In this document: positions 1-10,455 of the stretch, in pieces
Layout of the letters: every line of letters starts with the position of its first letter
Numbering within the stretch: the first letter of the stretch is position 1
From: Acidobacteriota bacterium
Lineage (GTDB): Bacteria > Acidobacteriota > UBA890 > WLXD01
Direction of reading: 5' to 3'
DNA length: 64,000 nucleotides
Assembly: GCA_965248695.1 (NCBI GenBank)
Contig: CBDFKD010000002.1
Location: 2,432,001-2,496,000 of the forward strand
The notes under the pieces: model-generated
Told to the model about the DNA's origin: nothing
Databases searched by the model: none
Seen by the model: the letters and a program-made list of their open reading frames with translations, nothing else
Translations under genes and position numbers: made by a program

Positions 1-1
1 G

Positions 2-259
2 CGGGCGCGACTGAAAGAAGAACCGACCACGCCAGCCGACCGACAGGAATCCATGTACGCCGCCAACCCGGCCTTCGTTCCGCGCAATCATCTGGTGGAA
101 GAAGCGATTGAGGCGGCCACCAGCGACAGTGATTTCAAGCCATTTCACGCCCTGGTGGAGCGTCTGACAAAGCCTTTTGAGTACGATCCGTCTCAATCGC
201 GCCTGGCCCTGCCGCCACGGCCGGAGCAAGTCGTGCGACAAACTTTCTGCGGTACGTAG
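2..259 (+). CDS. selO: SelO/YdiU family protein adenylyltransferase, 3' end (partial)
   Basis: C-terminal motifs NPAFVPRNHLVEEAI and terminal TFCGT typical of YdiU/SelO; runs off the window start. Confidence 0.8.
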   Translation, partial: RARLKEEPTTPADRQESMYAANPAFVPRNHLVEEAIEAATSDSDFKPFHALVERLTKPFEYDPSQSRLALPPRPEQVVRQTFCGT

Positions 260-347
260 TGCCATGCTCCTGGTCGGGGCGACGGTCTTGGCACGCGGCT
301 GAAACCGGGGTTCAGCCGGGAGCGCTATGAGATTCGACGCTCGAGTA

Positions 348-1463
348 TCAGGATCGCGCCGGCGACGCGACGACGACTTCTTCGATCGCGGCGAGCGCTC
401 GAGCAAAGGTGTCGGGCTCGGTGGAGCCGAAGCCGATACGGAAGTGCTCGGGGCGACCGAAACAGTCGCCGGGCGACAGGAGGATTCCCGCCTCCGACAG
501 CTGCTCACAAAGCGGCCATGCCGACGGTTCGCCGGCGACCCAGGGGAACGCGATGAGCCCGCCCTCGGGCTCGACCCAACCGAATCGGTCAGGGTGACGG
601 TTGAAGAACGCACGTAGGAGTGTGAGATTCCGGCTGCCGAGAGAATGTGCGCGGGCGAGGATTCGCTGCCGCTGTCGCAGGCTGATCGCCGAAAGGCGCT
701 CGGAGAGCGGCGAGCTCGAGATCGTGAAGAAGCGCCGGATGTCGAAGTAGCGCTTCCGACGCTCGGCGTCGGCATCGACGACCCAGCCGAGTCGCATCCC
801 GGCCAGCGACATGGCCTTCGACATATCCCCCACCAACACGGCGCCGTCGACATCGGCGCCTCGCGGCGAAGTTCCATCATTGGCGATCGGGTACTGTACC
901 TGATCGATTGCCACCGTTACGCCTCGGTGCGCTGCCGCCTCCTGGATCGTAGACATGGTAGCCGTCGCGGCGACGGCGCCCGTTGGGTTGTTCGGCGTGT
1001 TGACGATGACCAACCCGGTGCGGTCGTCGATGAGGTCGACGACCTTCTGCGGATCCAGTCGGAAGCCGTCGTCGCGGCACAGTCGGTAGGGACGCGGCTC
1101 CTGGTCGAAGATTACCGTCAGCCCAACGAATCCCGGGTATCCGGGGTTCGGAAACACGACGTTGCCGCCCGCGGTGGAGCCGGCCGCGATCAGCATTGCG
1201 AGACCCTCGGCCGCTCCGGTGGTGATCTGAACGTGCTCCGGCGCCGTGTCGGTGTGCGCCGCTACCGCCTCGCGAATCTCCTCCGAGCCGCTAATGGGCG
1301 CGTATGTGAGAGCCTCGTCGGCCAGTGCTTCGGGCGTCAGATCCTCTAGCGCAAGCAACTCGGACAGGTTCCACGTCGGGCCAGTGCTTCCGGACAGGTT
1401 GTAGCGCAGCGGGCGTGCCTCGCGCTCGTGGATCCAGTCGAGCGCCAAGGTCGGGGTAGCCAT
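348..1463 (-). CDS. PLP-dependent aminotransferase class I/II
   Basis: NTPNNPTG, DQVQY, SKAMSLAGMRLGW (PLP lysine), RIGFG. Confidence 0.9.
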   Translation of the reverse strand: MATPTLALDWIHEREARPLRYNLSGSTGPTWNLSELLALEDLTPEALADEALTYAPISGSEEIREAVAAHTDTAPEHVQITTGAAEGLAMLIAAGSTAGGNVVFPNPGYPGFVGLTVIFDQEPRPYRLCRDDGFRLDPQKVVDLIDDRTGLVIVNTPNNPTGAVAATATMSTIQEAAAHRGVTVAIDQVQYPIANDGTSPRGADVDGAVLVGDMSKAMSLAGMRLGWVVDADAERRKRYFDIRRFFTISSSPLSERLSAISLRQRQRILARAHSLGSRNLTLLRAFFNRHPDRFGWVEPEGGLIAFPWVAGEPSAWPLCEQLSEAGILLSPGDCFGRPEHFRIGFGSTEPDTFARALAAIEEVVVASPARS

Positions 1464-1559
1464 GGGTCAACTTCACCTCGTTGCACGCGCGTGAGCAACC
1501 TCTCCGGCGCGCAGTATAGTCGGCCAAGTTCACGGCCACTTCGCGAGGACGACCAGCCT

Positions 1560-3437
1560 GTGTCACGCAGTTGCCAGCGCCCGCTCGCCACGATCTGTCT
1601 GCTTCTGATCGCCGCTCCGGTGCTGGCCCAGGTAAACGAGCTCCACCTGCAGGCACCGACGGTGGCGCTCGCCGGGGTGCCGACGCGAGCCACGGCGACG
1701 GGTCCGGTGGAATCGCTGTCGGGGCTGGTTCTTCGCGCCGGTAGCAGCCGTTACGCGGCCGTCCTCGACGGCGACACGGCGACGTTCGTCGGTCTCACGT
1801 TGCCGCGTGGCCGGGCACGCTTGGAGCTGGAGTCTGACGGCATGGTGGTGGACACCGCCGACGTGCGCGTGTTGCCGGGTTGGGTGTCGATTATCCCGCC
1901 GCTGCTTGCCATCGTCGTTGCGCTGGCGTTCAAGCAGGTGATCCCGGCACTGTTCCTGGGGGTCTGGTTCGGCGCCACGGCGCTGATCGGTTTCACGCCG
2001 GCTGCGGTGTTTCGTGGCCTACTCGATACCTACGCCGTTCACGTACTCGGCGCGGTCGCCGATCGAAGCCGTGCACAGGTACTGCTGTTCTCTTTCATGA
2101 TCGGCGGCATGCTCGGCATCGTCATCAAGAACGGCGGCATGCTGGGCGTGGTCAACCGGATCATGCGATTCGCGACCGATCGACGCCGCGGACAGCTGAC
2201 TACCGCTGCCCTAGGAATGGCGGTCTTCTTCGACGGCTACACCAACATTCTGATCATGGGCAACACGATGCGCGAGGTGACCGACCGCCTGCGTATCTCG
2301 CGCGAGAAGCTCGCTTACATCGCCGACTCTACCGCCGCTCCGGTTGCCTCCGTGGCGGTGGTATCCACCTGGGTCGGCTACCAGGTGGGCCTGATCGGGG
2401 CGGTCGTAGGACAGATCGGAACGATTGGCGAATCGGCCTATTCGATCTTCCTCAATTCGATCGCCTACAGCTTCTACCCCTGGCTGACGATGTTCATGGT
2501 TTTCACGGTTGCGGCGCTGGGCCGCGACTTCGGTCCGATGCGGGTGGCCGAGGAGCGCGCGCGGGCCGGCCAGGTGCTCGGACCGGCGCCGAAGGCCAAC
2601 TCGGCCGCTGCCGCCGATGCCTCGGATCTACGCGTCGATCCGGAGCGGCCGGTGCGTGCCATCAACGCCGTGGTGCCGATTCTCGTGCTCATCGGCGGCG
2701 TCATCGGGGGGCTGTGGGCAACGGGCAACGGCAACTCGATTCGCGACATCATCGGTACCGCCGATGCCAATGCGGCGCTGATGTGGGCGTCGCTACTGGC
2801 GGTGGCGGTCGCCGTGGCGATGACACTCGCGCAGCGCATCCTGACCCTCACCGAGATCGTCGACGCGTGGTACGCCGGGCTGAAGCAGATGCTGTACGCG
2901 TTGATCATCCTGGTGCTGGCATGGTCGCTCACCTCGGTGGTCGACGGATTGCAAACGGCCAGCTACTTGGTGTCGGTCCTCGGAGAGTCGCTGGCACCGA
3001 GTATGGTGCCCACGATCGTGTTCGTGCTCGCCGCGGCCACCGCCTTCGCCACCGGGTCGAGTTGGGCAACCATCGGCATCCTGATGCCCCTGGTCTTGCC
3101 GCTCGTGTGGGCCGTGCTGAGCGCCGCCGGAGCCCAGGATCAGATGCATATCCTGTACTCGGCGGTTTCGTGCGTGATGTCCGGCGCCGTTCTGGGAGAC
3201 CACATCTCGCCCATCTCCGACACGACCATCCTGTCGTCGATGGCTGCCGGCTGCGATCACATCGAGCACGTCCGCACGCAGTTGCCCTACGCGCTGATCG
3301 TGGGCGCGCTAGCGATCGGTCTGGGTACACTTCCCGCCGGGTTCGGCGTGCCGTGGTGGCTCGGAATACTGGCTGGCGCGGGGGCGATTTACGGCATCGT
3401 GCGCACCGTGGGCGAGCCGGCGGCGGCCACCCCGTGA
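1560..3437 (+). CDS. Na+/H+ antiporter NhaC family protein with N-terminal extracytoplasmic domain
   Basis: SREKLAYIADSTAAP, GDHISPISDTTILSS and HIEHVRTQLPYA motifs; many TM segments; GTG start at 1560 after GAGGA chosen by eye. Confidence 0.85.
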   Translation: MSRSCQRPLATICLLLIAAPVLAQVNELHLQAPTVALAGVPTRATATGPVESLSGLVLRAGSSRYAAVLDGDTATFVGLTLPRGRARLELESDGMVVDTADVRVLPGWVSIIPPLLAIVVALAFKQVIPALFLGVWFGATALIGFTPAAVFRGLLDTYAVHVLGAVADRSRAQVLLFSFMIGGMLGIVIKNGGMLGVVNRIMRFATDRRRGQLTTAALGMAVFFDGYTNILIMGNTMREVTDRLRISREKLAYIADSTAAPVASVAVVSTWVGYQVGLIGAVVGQIGTIGESAYSIFLNSIAYSFYPWLTMFMVFTVAALGRDFGPMRVAEERARAGQVLGPAPKANSAAAADASDLRVDPERPVRAINAVVPILVLIGGVIGGLWATGNGNSIRDIIGTADANAALMWASLLAVAVAVAMTLAQRILTLTEIVDAWYAGLKQMLYALIILVLAWSLTSVVDGLQTASYLVSVLGESLAPSMVPTIVFVLAAATAFATGSSWATIGILMPLVLPLVWAVLSAAGAQDQMHILYSAVSCVMSGAVLGDHISPISDTTILSSMAAGCDHIEHVRTQLPYALIVGALAIGLGTLPAGFGVPWWLGILAGAGAIYGIVRTVGEPAAATP

Positions 3438-3439
3438 CG

Positions 3440-3490
3440 CTAGTCCCCGGCCTTGACGACCTCTTTCATGTACCAGATGGCGAAATCGTC
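3440..3490 (-). pseudogene. Rieske oxygenase C-terminal remnant (DDFAIWYMKEVVKAGD*)
   Basis: Near-identical to the 3' end of the gene at 5701-7197 (NDFATWYMREVVKAAD*). Confidence 0.8.
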
Positions 3491-3543
3491 CGGGTCATGG
3501 TTCTCTCAGCCTAGAGCTCTGGAGGCTGATAGCGGAGACCGAT

Positions 3544-4860
3544 ATGAGCAACGAGGAAAACACCGGCAAGAAGTCGACTCGGCGTGACCTGGCGCGCAGC
3601 GCCGTTGTCGGATACACCGCCGCCGCCATCGGTTTACCTAGGAACCTGCTTGCCAGGGCGATTCCAGACCCGGACCAGATGGGTGGCGCGGCATCAGGCG
3701 GCGAACGGTGGCGAAGAAACCGGACCCTCAACGCGGAGTACTACACGGACGAAGAGCGTTACCTGTTCGATGAGCGCTTGGTGGCCGATCATTTCTGGTT
3801 GATGGTCGATCACGAAAGTAGGATCCCCGACCCCGGCGACTACTTCGTCTTCGAATACGGTCGCAGCGAGAGCGTCATTATCCTGCGTGATGAGTCCGGC
3901 GCGGTGCGCGCTCACTACAACGTCTGCCGCCATCGTGGCTCGAGGCTGTGTCGCCACGACGGCGACGCCATCCCGGAAGATCCACGCCTGTCGGTTCGAC
4001 AGCTCGGGCAGACCGGCAACACGCCGGTCTTCCGATGCCCGTACCACGCCTGGACCTACGACCTGAGCGGCGAGCTCGTCTACGCCTATGGCATGCAGGA
4101 AGATTTCGACCCAGCCGACAACGGCCTGATCCCCTGCCATGTCCGCATGGCAGACGGCTTCATCTTCGTGAACCTGTCTCGGGAATCGGATCCGCCGGAG
4201 TTCGAGCCGGCGATCGAGCCCTTCCGCCGCAAGGTGGGCCAAAGACACGGCACCGCACAGTTGAAGGTCGGCGAACGGGTCAACGTTGCGATGCACGCCA
4301 ACTGGAAGCTAGCGCTCGAGAACTTCCTGGAGTGCTACCACTGCGGGCCGTCGCACGAGTACCTCTGCCAGGTGCACCCAGGCTCCGACCTCACGGTGCC
4401 GGGAAAGCGGGAATGGTGGGCTCAGGACTACGTCAGCGGCACGATGGACGGCAAGCCGGCGGCACCGCTACTGCCCAGTATCAAGCGCATCCGGGTCACG
4501 CAGAGCGAGACGGCGACGGGTTGGTCGAGCAGTTACTGGCTCGGCTACGACGACTACGTCTTCGCGGTTCGATTCACCCCCCGTGATGTCGACCTCACCG
4601 ACGTAGAATGTCTCTGGCTCGTGCACCCGGATGCGGAGCGCGGGGTCGATTACGACGCCGATAGGCTCAAGGAGCTGTGGCTCGTCACGCTCCTCGAAGA
4701 CATCTGGCTATGCGAGAACAACCACGCCGGAATCTGTTCCGGCGCCTACCGGTCCGGGCGCTACGCCACCCATGAGCTCGGCCGGGTCATGCCGGCGGGG
4801 TTCATCCGCTGGTACATGGCCGCCGTTGCGGGTGACATCGGGCCAGCGGCGCCCTACTGA
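3544..4860 (+). CDS. Rieske non-heme iron oxygenase alpha subunit (GbcA/choline monooxygenase-like) with Tat-like signal
   Basis: CRHRG...CPYHAW Rieske motif; ENFLECYHC...H iron site; N-terminal STRRDL. Confidence 0.9.
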   Translation: MSNEENTGKKSTRRDLARSAVVGYTAAAIGLPRNLLARAIPDPDQMGGAASGGERWRRNRTLNAEYYTDEERYLFDERLVADHFWLMVDHESRIPDPGDYFVFEYGRSESVIILRDESGAVRAHYNVCRHRGSRLCRHDGDAIPEDPRLSVRQLGQTGNTPVFRCPYHAWTYDLSGELVYAYGMQEDFDPADNGLIPCHVRMADGFIFVNLSRESDPPEFEPAIEPFRRKVGQRHGTAQLKVGERVNVAMHANWKLALENFLECYHCGPSHEYLCQVHPGSDLTVPGKREWWAQDYVSGTMDGKPAAPLLPSIKRIRVTQSETATGWSSSYWLGYDDYVFAVRFTPRDVDLTDVECLWLVHPDAERGVDYDADRLKELWLVTLLEDIWLCENNHAGICSGAYRSGRYATHELGRVMPAGFIRWYMAAVAGDIGPAAPY

Positions 4861-4979
4861 CGATTGACGGCTCGATTTCCAACCCCGCTCTTGGTTCTGG
4901 TTGGCTGCGGTTGGTGCTAGGTGGTGTGCCGCGCTCCGCGACCGCGTCATCGGGCCCACTCCGGTGGGAGCACCGCAAC

Positions 4980-5696
4980 ATGATCGCAAAACCGACTGTT
5001 GTTCGAAGCTGTCGAGCACTCGCGCTCGCGGCTATTGCCGTGTGGGCCCTGACGCGGCTCTCATTCGCACAACCGACGAATCAGGTGTTCGTGCTCAACG
5101 AAGGTTACGATCGAACCGTCGGTGCCGAACTCCTGGTTGAATCGACCGTTGCGCTAGTGGTGTCGGACGGAATCGTGCTGGTCACCGATCCAGGCATGGT
5201 CTCGGATCAAGCGAAGCTGGTGTCAGCGCTTGCCACACACGGGATCGATCCTGAAGACGTTAACCATGTGTTCATCACCCACCTGCATCCGGATCACACC
5301 GCGAACGTCGGCATGTTTCCAAACGCTAAACTAGTGGATGCGTTCTCTATCTACGATCGCGAACGATGGATCGAGCACGACGACGACTTCGTCCTTGCAC
5401 CCGGCATCCGCGTGCTCCGCACTCCGGGGCATACCTCATGGGACGCGTCCCTTCTGATCGAGAACACGATCAAGGGAACGATCGCGATTACCCATGCTTG
5501 GTGGCATAGCGACATGACGCCGAAGGTCGACCCGTTCGCCGACGATCAATCGGCCCTGGAGAGAAGTCGCGAACGACTACTTGGCGAAGCGGATTGGATC
5601 ATACCGGGGCATGGTGCTGCCTTCCGCAATCCGAACGCGCCCTCCGACAAGGGCCGTCTGCACCATCCCCCTCACGATCTCGGGGACCCGTTCTGA
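4980..5696 (+). CDS. MBL-fold metallo-hydrolase, exported
   Basis: THLHPDH, TPGHT and IPGHG motifs; signal peptide. Confidence 0.85.
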   Translation: MIAKPTVVRSCRALALAAIAVWALTRLSFAQPTNQVFVLNEGYDRTVGAELLVESTVALVVSDGIVLVTDPGMVSDQAKLVSALATHGIDPEDVNHVFITHLHPDHTANVGMFPNAKLVDAFSIYDRERWIEHDDDFVLAPGIRVLRTPGHTSWDASLLIENTIKGTIAITHAWWHSDMTPKVDPFADDQSALERSRERLLGEADWIIPGHGAAFRNPNAPSDKGRLHHPPHDLGDPF

Positions 5697-5700
5697 GTCG

Positions 5701-7197
5701 CTAGTCCGCGGCCTTGACGACCTCTCTCATGTACCAGGTGGCGAAGTCGTTGGGGCCGCCCTCGTGGGTGGAGTAGCGACTGGCGGCGTAGGCGCCTGAC
5801 TCGATGCCCACATGGTTGTTGTCGGTGATCCAGATGTCTTCCAGGAGCGTGATGTACCACAGCGCTTTGACGTTGTCCGGATCGTAGTCGCGACCCTCGA
5901 CAGCGTCGGGGTGCACTAGCCAGACAGTCTCGCAATCGATGAGCTTCTCTGTCCGCGGCGTGAACCGTGCTACCACGACGTGATCGTCGTAGGCTTGCCA
6001 GAAGCCGGTAAGCTGGCCTGTCGAGGCCTGCTCGGTCTCGTGGTTCCACCCGGTGATGTTGGGGAGGAGGATTGACGTCGGCTTGCCGTCGACCGACCCG
6101 GTGACGAAGCCGGGATTGAGCAACCCGCCCATGCTCGCGTACGTGGGAGTGTCACCCATACCAGCGGATTCGGACTGCCGCCCCGGCCGGGACTCCTCCG
6201 GGACCCACGCCGCGACCGCAGCATGCCTTTCGTTTTTCTGTTCGCGCGTGCCCTCCAGGTCCCAGTTGTGCGTGGCCACCAGATTCGTGTGCGCCGGGCC
6301 GCAGTGATAGCACTCCTTGAAGTTCTCGATAAACAGCTTCCAGTTGGCGTTGATCGGAACGTACTCGCGTGCCGCGATCTTCAGATCCGCGAGGCTCCAC
6401 TTGTCGCCTATGGCCCTCACCGAGCTCACCGCCGATTCGAAGTCCGGCGGCGTGTCCGACTTGGACAGGTTGACGAGGACCTGTCCTTCGACGACCCGCG
6501 TGTGGCAGGGAAGCAAGCCGTTCTCGGCCGGGTCGAAGTCGTCCTGCATGCCGTAGGCGTAGATCAGGCTGCCCTCGGTGTCATAGGTCCAGGCGTGGTA
6601 TGGGCAGCGGAATACCGGTGAGTTACCGGACTGTCCAAGCTGCTTGACCGACAGCCGTGGGTCGCTTGGTATCGCATCGGCGTCATGCCGGCATAGCCGC
6701 GAGCCGCGGTGGCGGCAGACATTGTAGAAGCCTCGAATCTCGTTGTCCTGCCCGCGCACGATCAGGATGCTTTCGGAGCGACCGAACTCGTACACGTAGA
6801 AGTCACCCGGGTTCGGAATGCGGCTCGCCTGGTCGGTGTACTGCCAGATGTTCTCCGCCAAGAACGCTTCGTCGGCGTCGAATATCTCCGGGTCGAGGTA
6901 GTACTCGCCGGGAAGGGTCAGGCCCTCTTTCCAGCCGTCCGCTCTGGCTCTCTGACGGACCGGCTCGGTCAAGGGAGCCCCACCCCCACCACCGTAGCGA
7001 CCGACCTCCTCTGGCATCTCGACACGAGCCACACGATAGGCCGTCTTCGGCGCGGCGGTCTTGGCTGGGGTCGAGCCGAGCAACGCGTTGGGCAGCGCGA
7101 CAGCCGCGGTACCGGCGGCGACCGAGGTCTTTGCAAAGGTCCGGCGGCTCAGCTTGGCATCCGCGCCGTTCGTCTCACCTGTATCTCGCCTGCTCAT
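5701..7197 (-). CDS. Rieske non-heme iron oxygenase alpha subunit with Tat signal (paralog of 3544-4860)
   Basis: CRHRG, CPYHAW, ENFKECYHCGPAH; SRRTFAK Tat motif; ATG at 7197 after GGAGGA. Confidence 0.9.
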   Translation of the reverse strand: MSRRDTGETNGADAKLSRRTFAKTSVAAGTAAVALPNALLGSTPAKTAAPKTAYRVARVEMPEEVGRYGGGGGAPLTEPVRQRARADGWKEGLTLPGEYYLDPEIFDADEAFLAENIWQYTDQASRIPNPGDFYVYEFGRSESILIVRGQDNEIRGFYNVCRHRGSRLCRHDADAIPSDPRLSVKQLGQSGNSPVFRCPYHAWTYDTEGSLIYAYGMQDDFDPAENGLLPCHTRVVEGQVLVNLSKSDTPPDFESAVSSVRAIGDKWSLADLKIAAREYVPINANWKLFIENFKECYHCGPAHTNLVATHNWDLEGTREQKNERHAAVAAWVPEESRPGRQSESAGMGDTPTYASMGGLLNPGFVTGSVDGKPTSILLPNITGWNHETEQASTGQLTGFWQAYDDHVVVARFTPRTEKLIDCETVWLVHPDAVEGRDYDPDNVKALWYITLLEDIWITDNNHVGIESGAYAASRYSTHEGGPNDFATWYMREVVKAAD

Positions 7198-7292
7198 GTC
7201 GTCCTCCAAGACCGAAGCTGCAGTTCCCTTCTGCGACAACTAGCGCATCACGACCCCGGCGGTATTTCAACTGTTGCGCCGTCAGCTGGCGA

Positions 7293-9686
7293 TCACGGCG
7301 AGTCGTCGGTTCCCTTCAGCCGGAGCAGAAACAGCCCCTCGCGCTGGCTGCTGACGGCGACAACCCCGCTCTTGAAGTAGGGGTAGTTGCTCCACGCACC
7401 GACAGACGTCACGCCGGCCACACCGAAGCCACCGTCATCGCCCCACGGAACGGTGTCGAAGAAGCCGATCGGGCGCATGCTCTCGCGATCGCTGATGTCG
7501 TACACGCGCAGGCCGCTGCGGAGGACGGACTGGTAGATCACGTCGCCGAGGACGTAGAGGTTGTGGTCGGTCCCCGTGGTCTCGGCAACGTATTCGCCGA
7601 CGAGGATCGGGTCGTCGAGCTCGGAGATGTCGAAGATCATCGTGCGCGCGCCGGGGGTGAGCCCGTTGATCTCGTCCAGCTCGTCGTTCAGGTAGAAGTA
7701 CCGGTGGTCCTCGGAGACCCCGCCCTGGTGGGTGTAGCCGATGTTCGGGTAGGTGGCGATCGACACCGCCACCGGGTTCCGCTTGTCGGTGACGTCGGCG
7801 ATACTGACCGCCGTTGCGTTCGACCCGATGCAGATCTCGCGGCCCGCGTAGCGCTCGTCGGGGCCGCTGTAAATGATGCACTGGGCATCGTGTGTGTACC
7901 CGGTGCCTCGGCCGGTGTTGGTGTCGGCGAAGCAGCCCTCGAACACCGGCTGCTGCGGGTCCTCGACGTTGATCATGTGCAGCCCGCCGCCGCAGGTCTC
8001 GCCACCGCCGCTGGCGCCGACGACGTAGGCGTAGGGGGTGCCCTCGTCGATGACGATGTTGTGGGCACTGTGGATGCGGTCGTAGTGCGCGTCCTCGGTG
8101 AAGGCGAGCGGCTCACCCTCGAACTCGCGCAGGTGTGCCAGGTCGAAGATCTGCACGCCGTGCGCGCCGGCGCCGTCGGCGACGATGAACACGTGGTCGC
8201 CGTAGATCTTGACGTCGCGCCACAGGGCGGAGTTCGCGCCCGCAGTTTTCTCGAGGCTGCCGACCCACACGGGGGCGTACGGGTCGGTGACGTCGACGAA
8301 GGAGGTCCGGTCGCCCATCCCGACGACGGCGTACTCGCGCCCGGTATCGGGATCGGCCCAGCCCCACATGTCGTTGACCCCGACGCCGCGGCTGCCGCCG
8401 AGCTCGTGGATCGGCATGAAGGCCACCAGGTCGACGTTGTCGCAGGGGAAGATGGCGGCCATGCCGTCGACGCACTCGATGGTCTCGCCGATGAGTGTCT
8501 CGAGCCGCGCCTCCTCGCTGAGCACACGGGTGCGGTCCCAGCCGCCGAGGCCACGGCTCATGATCACGGCGGTGCCGGCGCTGTAATCGTCCCCGGGCAT
8601 GCCGGCGGCGACGACGTCGCCCCATGCGGCGAGGGAGGCACCCATCTGGCTGCTGCCCAGGAGGCCCACGGCGCCGATCTTGCTCGCGTTGGTCCAGTTG
8701 CCCGTGCCGTCACGCCGGAAGTGGTAGACGTCTCCCGTCCCACCGTTGGCGCCGGGGGCGCCTACGAAGGCTTCGTCATTGTCGAAGACGAGCGCCGTGC
8801 CGAAGCGGCTGCCGGCCGGAGCATCGTACGGCACCAGCGTGCCGTGCTGGGCCCACTCGCCGGCAGGCTCGTCGAATCGGTAGGCGTAGACTGCCCCGGC
8901 GCCGTCGTTGACACCCGGCGAGCCGATCATCAACTCACCGTCGCCGGAGCTCATAGTGAAACCGAAGGCATCTCCCGCCTCAGACTCCGGGGCCGCCAGG
9001 CTGCCGACAGGTTGCCAGGCGTTGCCCCGGCTCCGGAACATGTGCACGCGCCCCGGGTTCGTTCCCCCTCCCGGCGCCCCGACGAGGAGCCAGTCCTCCC
9101 GGAGGGTCACGCTGCTGCCGAAGTTGGACGGCGCAGCCCCCTCGTCGTCCCCCTCATCTGGGACGTCCTCGGGACGCAGCTTGGAGAGGAGCTCCCAGCC
9201 CACATCGCCGCGGCGGTAGAGATAGACGGCGCCGATCCCGTCCTCGTGCTGTGGCGCCCCCACCGCCATGATCCCGCCCTCCGCCACCATCGATCCACCG
9301 AACTGGTCCCCTTCGGTACCGTCGTCCGGTGCCACCCTTCCGACCTCGACCCAGCTTCTGCCTCGGAGCTCGAAGACGTAGGCGACCCCCGCGCCAGCCT
9401 CCGTCGCGCCGACGAGCACCCGCTCCCCGGCCACCGCCAGCGACGCGCCGAACCCGTCTCCGGCGGAAGAATCGGAGCGTGTGAGGCGCTGGAACTCCAC
9501 CCAGCCTCCGGAGCCCGGGCGGTACACGTAGACGATGCCGGGGCCGACCTGGTTGGCCGGCTCGCCGATGAGGATCTCGCCCTCGACGGCAGCGACCGCC
9601 CGGCCGAAGCCGAGCTGCGCTTCGGCGGGGCTCGCCAGCGCGAGCGCAAGAAGGGTGAGACAGATCACTGGGACGTGCTTTCTCAT
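7293..9686 (-). CDS. Choice-of-anchor B family protein with FG-GAP repeats
   Basis: Signal peptide; repeated FG-x-GAP motifs; NDMWGW, WRDVK, HSAHN, YTHQG, DELDE, GAWSNYPYF motifs. Confidence 0.85.
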   Translation of the reverse strand: MRKHVPVICLTLLALALASPAEAQLGFGRAVAAVEGEILIGEPANQVGPGIVYVYRPGSGGWVEFQRLTRSDSSAGDGFGASLAVAGERVLVGATEAGAGVAYVFELRGRSWVEVGRVAPDDGTEGDQFGGSMVAEGGIMAVGAPQHEDGIGAVYLYRRGDVGWELLSKLRPEDVPDEGDDEGAAPSNFGSSVTLREDWLLVGAPGGGTNPGRVHMFRSRGNAWQPVGSLAAPESEAGDAFGFTMSSGDGELMIGSPGVNDGAGAVYAYRFDEPAGEWAQHGTLVPYDAPAGSRFGTALVFDNDEAFVGAPGANGGTGDVYHFRRDGTGNWTNASKIGAVGLLGSSQMGASLAAWGDVVAAGMPGDDYSAGTAVIMSRGLGGWDRTRVLSEEARLETLIGETIECVDGMAAIFPCDNVDLVAFMPIHELGGSRGVGVNDMWGWADPDTGREYAVVGMGDRTSFVDVTDPYAPVWVGSLEKTAGANSALWRDVKIYGDHVFIVADGAGAHGVQIFDLAHLREFEGEPLAFTEDAHYDRIHSAHNIVIDEGTPYAYVVGASGGGETCGGGLHMINVEDPQQPVFEGCFADTNTGRGTGYTHDAQCIIYSGPDERYAGREICIGSNATAVSIADVTDKRNPVAVSIATYPNIGYTHQGGVSEDHRYFYLNDELDEINGLTPGARTMIFDISELDDPILVGEYVAETTGTDHNLYVLGDVIYQSVLRSGLRVYDISDRESMRPIGFFDTVPWGDDGGFGVAGVTSVGAWSNYPYFKSGVVAVSSQREGLFLLRLKGTDDSP

Positions 9687-9860
9687 CGTTCACCTCGTGT
9701 TGGCGGCGGATACGGGCACAGCGATAACGGTGGGGCGGTTGAGCCTGACGTTGCCGGTGCTACTCGGTCCGCCCGGCGTCGACTCTAGCGAAGAAACAAC
9801 CCGCCCTCCAGGGGGCTCGCGTGACTCAGCCTCCCGTATGCCCATCGCCCAGGTATTCAG

Positions 9861-9897
9861 TTGACAGCTTCAGCGTGAACTGATACCTAGAGGTATC
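9861..9897 (+). promoter_or_regulatory. Putative -35 box (TTGACA) and palindromic operator GATACCT-AG-AGGTATC upstream of the membrane protein/XRE operon
   Basis: TTGACA at 9861-9866; perfect 7-bp inverted repeat at 9882-9897. Confidence 0.5.
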
Positions 9898-9969
9898 GAA
9901 ACGGGATGTTTAAGTTATATATTATCACCTGTAGTGCCCACGCCAAGCTTCCACTTTGGAGGCAGCAAC

Positions 9970-10455
9970 ATGAACGAGAACGTCGACTTTTCGCCGGCCG
10001 AAGCTTCCGACCGCCACAAACTACTAATGGGACTATCGATGTTGGCGCTCGCCTTGCTCTTCGCCACCGGCGCCGTCGAGCATGTCCTCGGACCGGACGC
10101 TGAGCTCTATGTGGACATTGTCAGCAAGGGGCTGACGATCTTCATCATCGTCCCGATTTCTTGGGTTGCCTACTGGAAGCTCTGGAAGCTTCCGAGCCAT
10201 CAGCGTGAGCAGTACTTCAGCGTCGACGGATTCGTTATGGACGCTTTGTATCGAGCCCAACGACTTTCGTGGACGGCAACGCTGGTGGTGCTCGCCGTGC
10301 TTGTCTCGATTTTTGATGGGCCGCTATTGAATGCCTACCCGACCGAGTTCTACCTGGACGCCGTGCTCGCCCTGATGCTCGGGGTTCTGAGCACGGTCTT
10401 CTTCTATCTGGTCGGGGTCGAGGACGACGACTCTGAGGACGCGTCGCATGCGTAG
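9970..10455 (+). CDS. Hypothetical 4-TM membrane protein
   Basis: Four hydrophobic segments; overlaps the start of the downstream HTH gene. Confidence 0.7.
   Translation: MNENVDFSPAEASDRHKLLMGLSMLALALLFATGAVEHVLGPDAELYVDIVSKGLTIFIIVPISWVAYWKLWKLPSHQREQYFSVDGFVMDALYRAQRLSWTATLVVLAVLVSIFDGPLLNAYPTEFYLDAVLALMLGVLSTVFFYLVGVEDDDSEDASHA

Noticed and set aside
6657-9788. 1043-aa plus-strand ORF
   Set aside because: Antisense shadow of the anchor-B and Rieske genes in GC-rich DNA; no recognisable motifs
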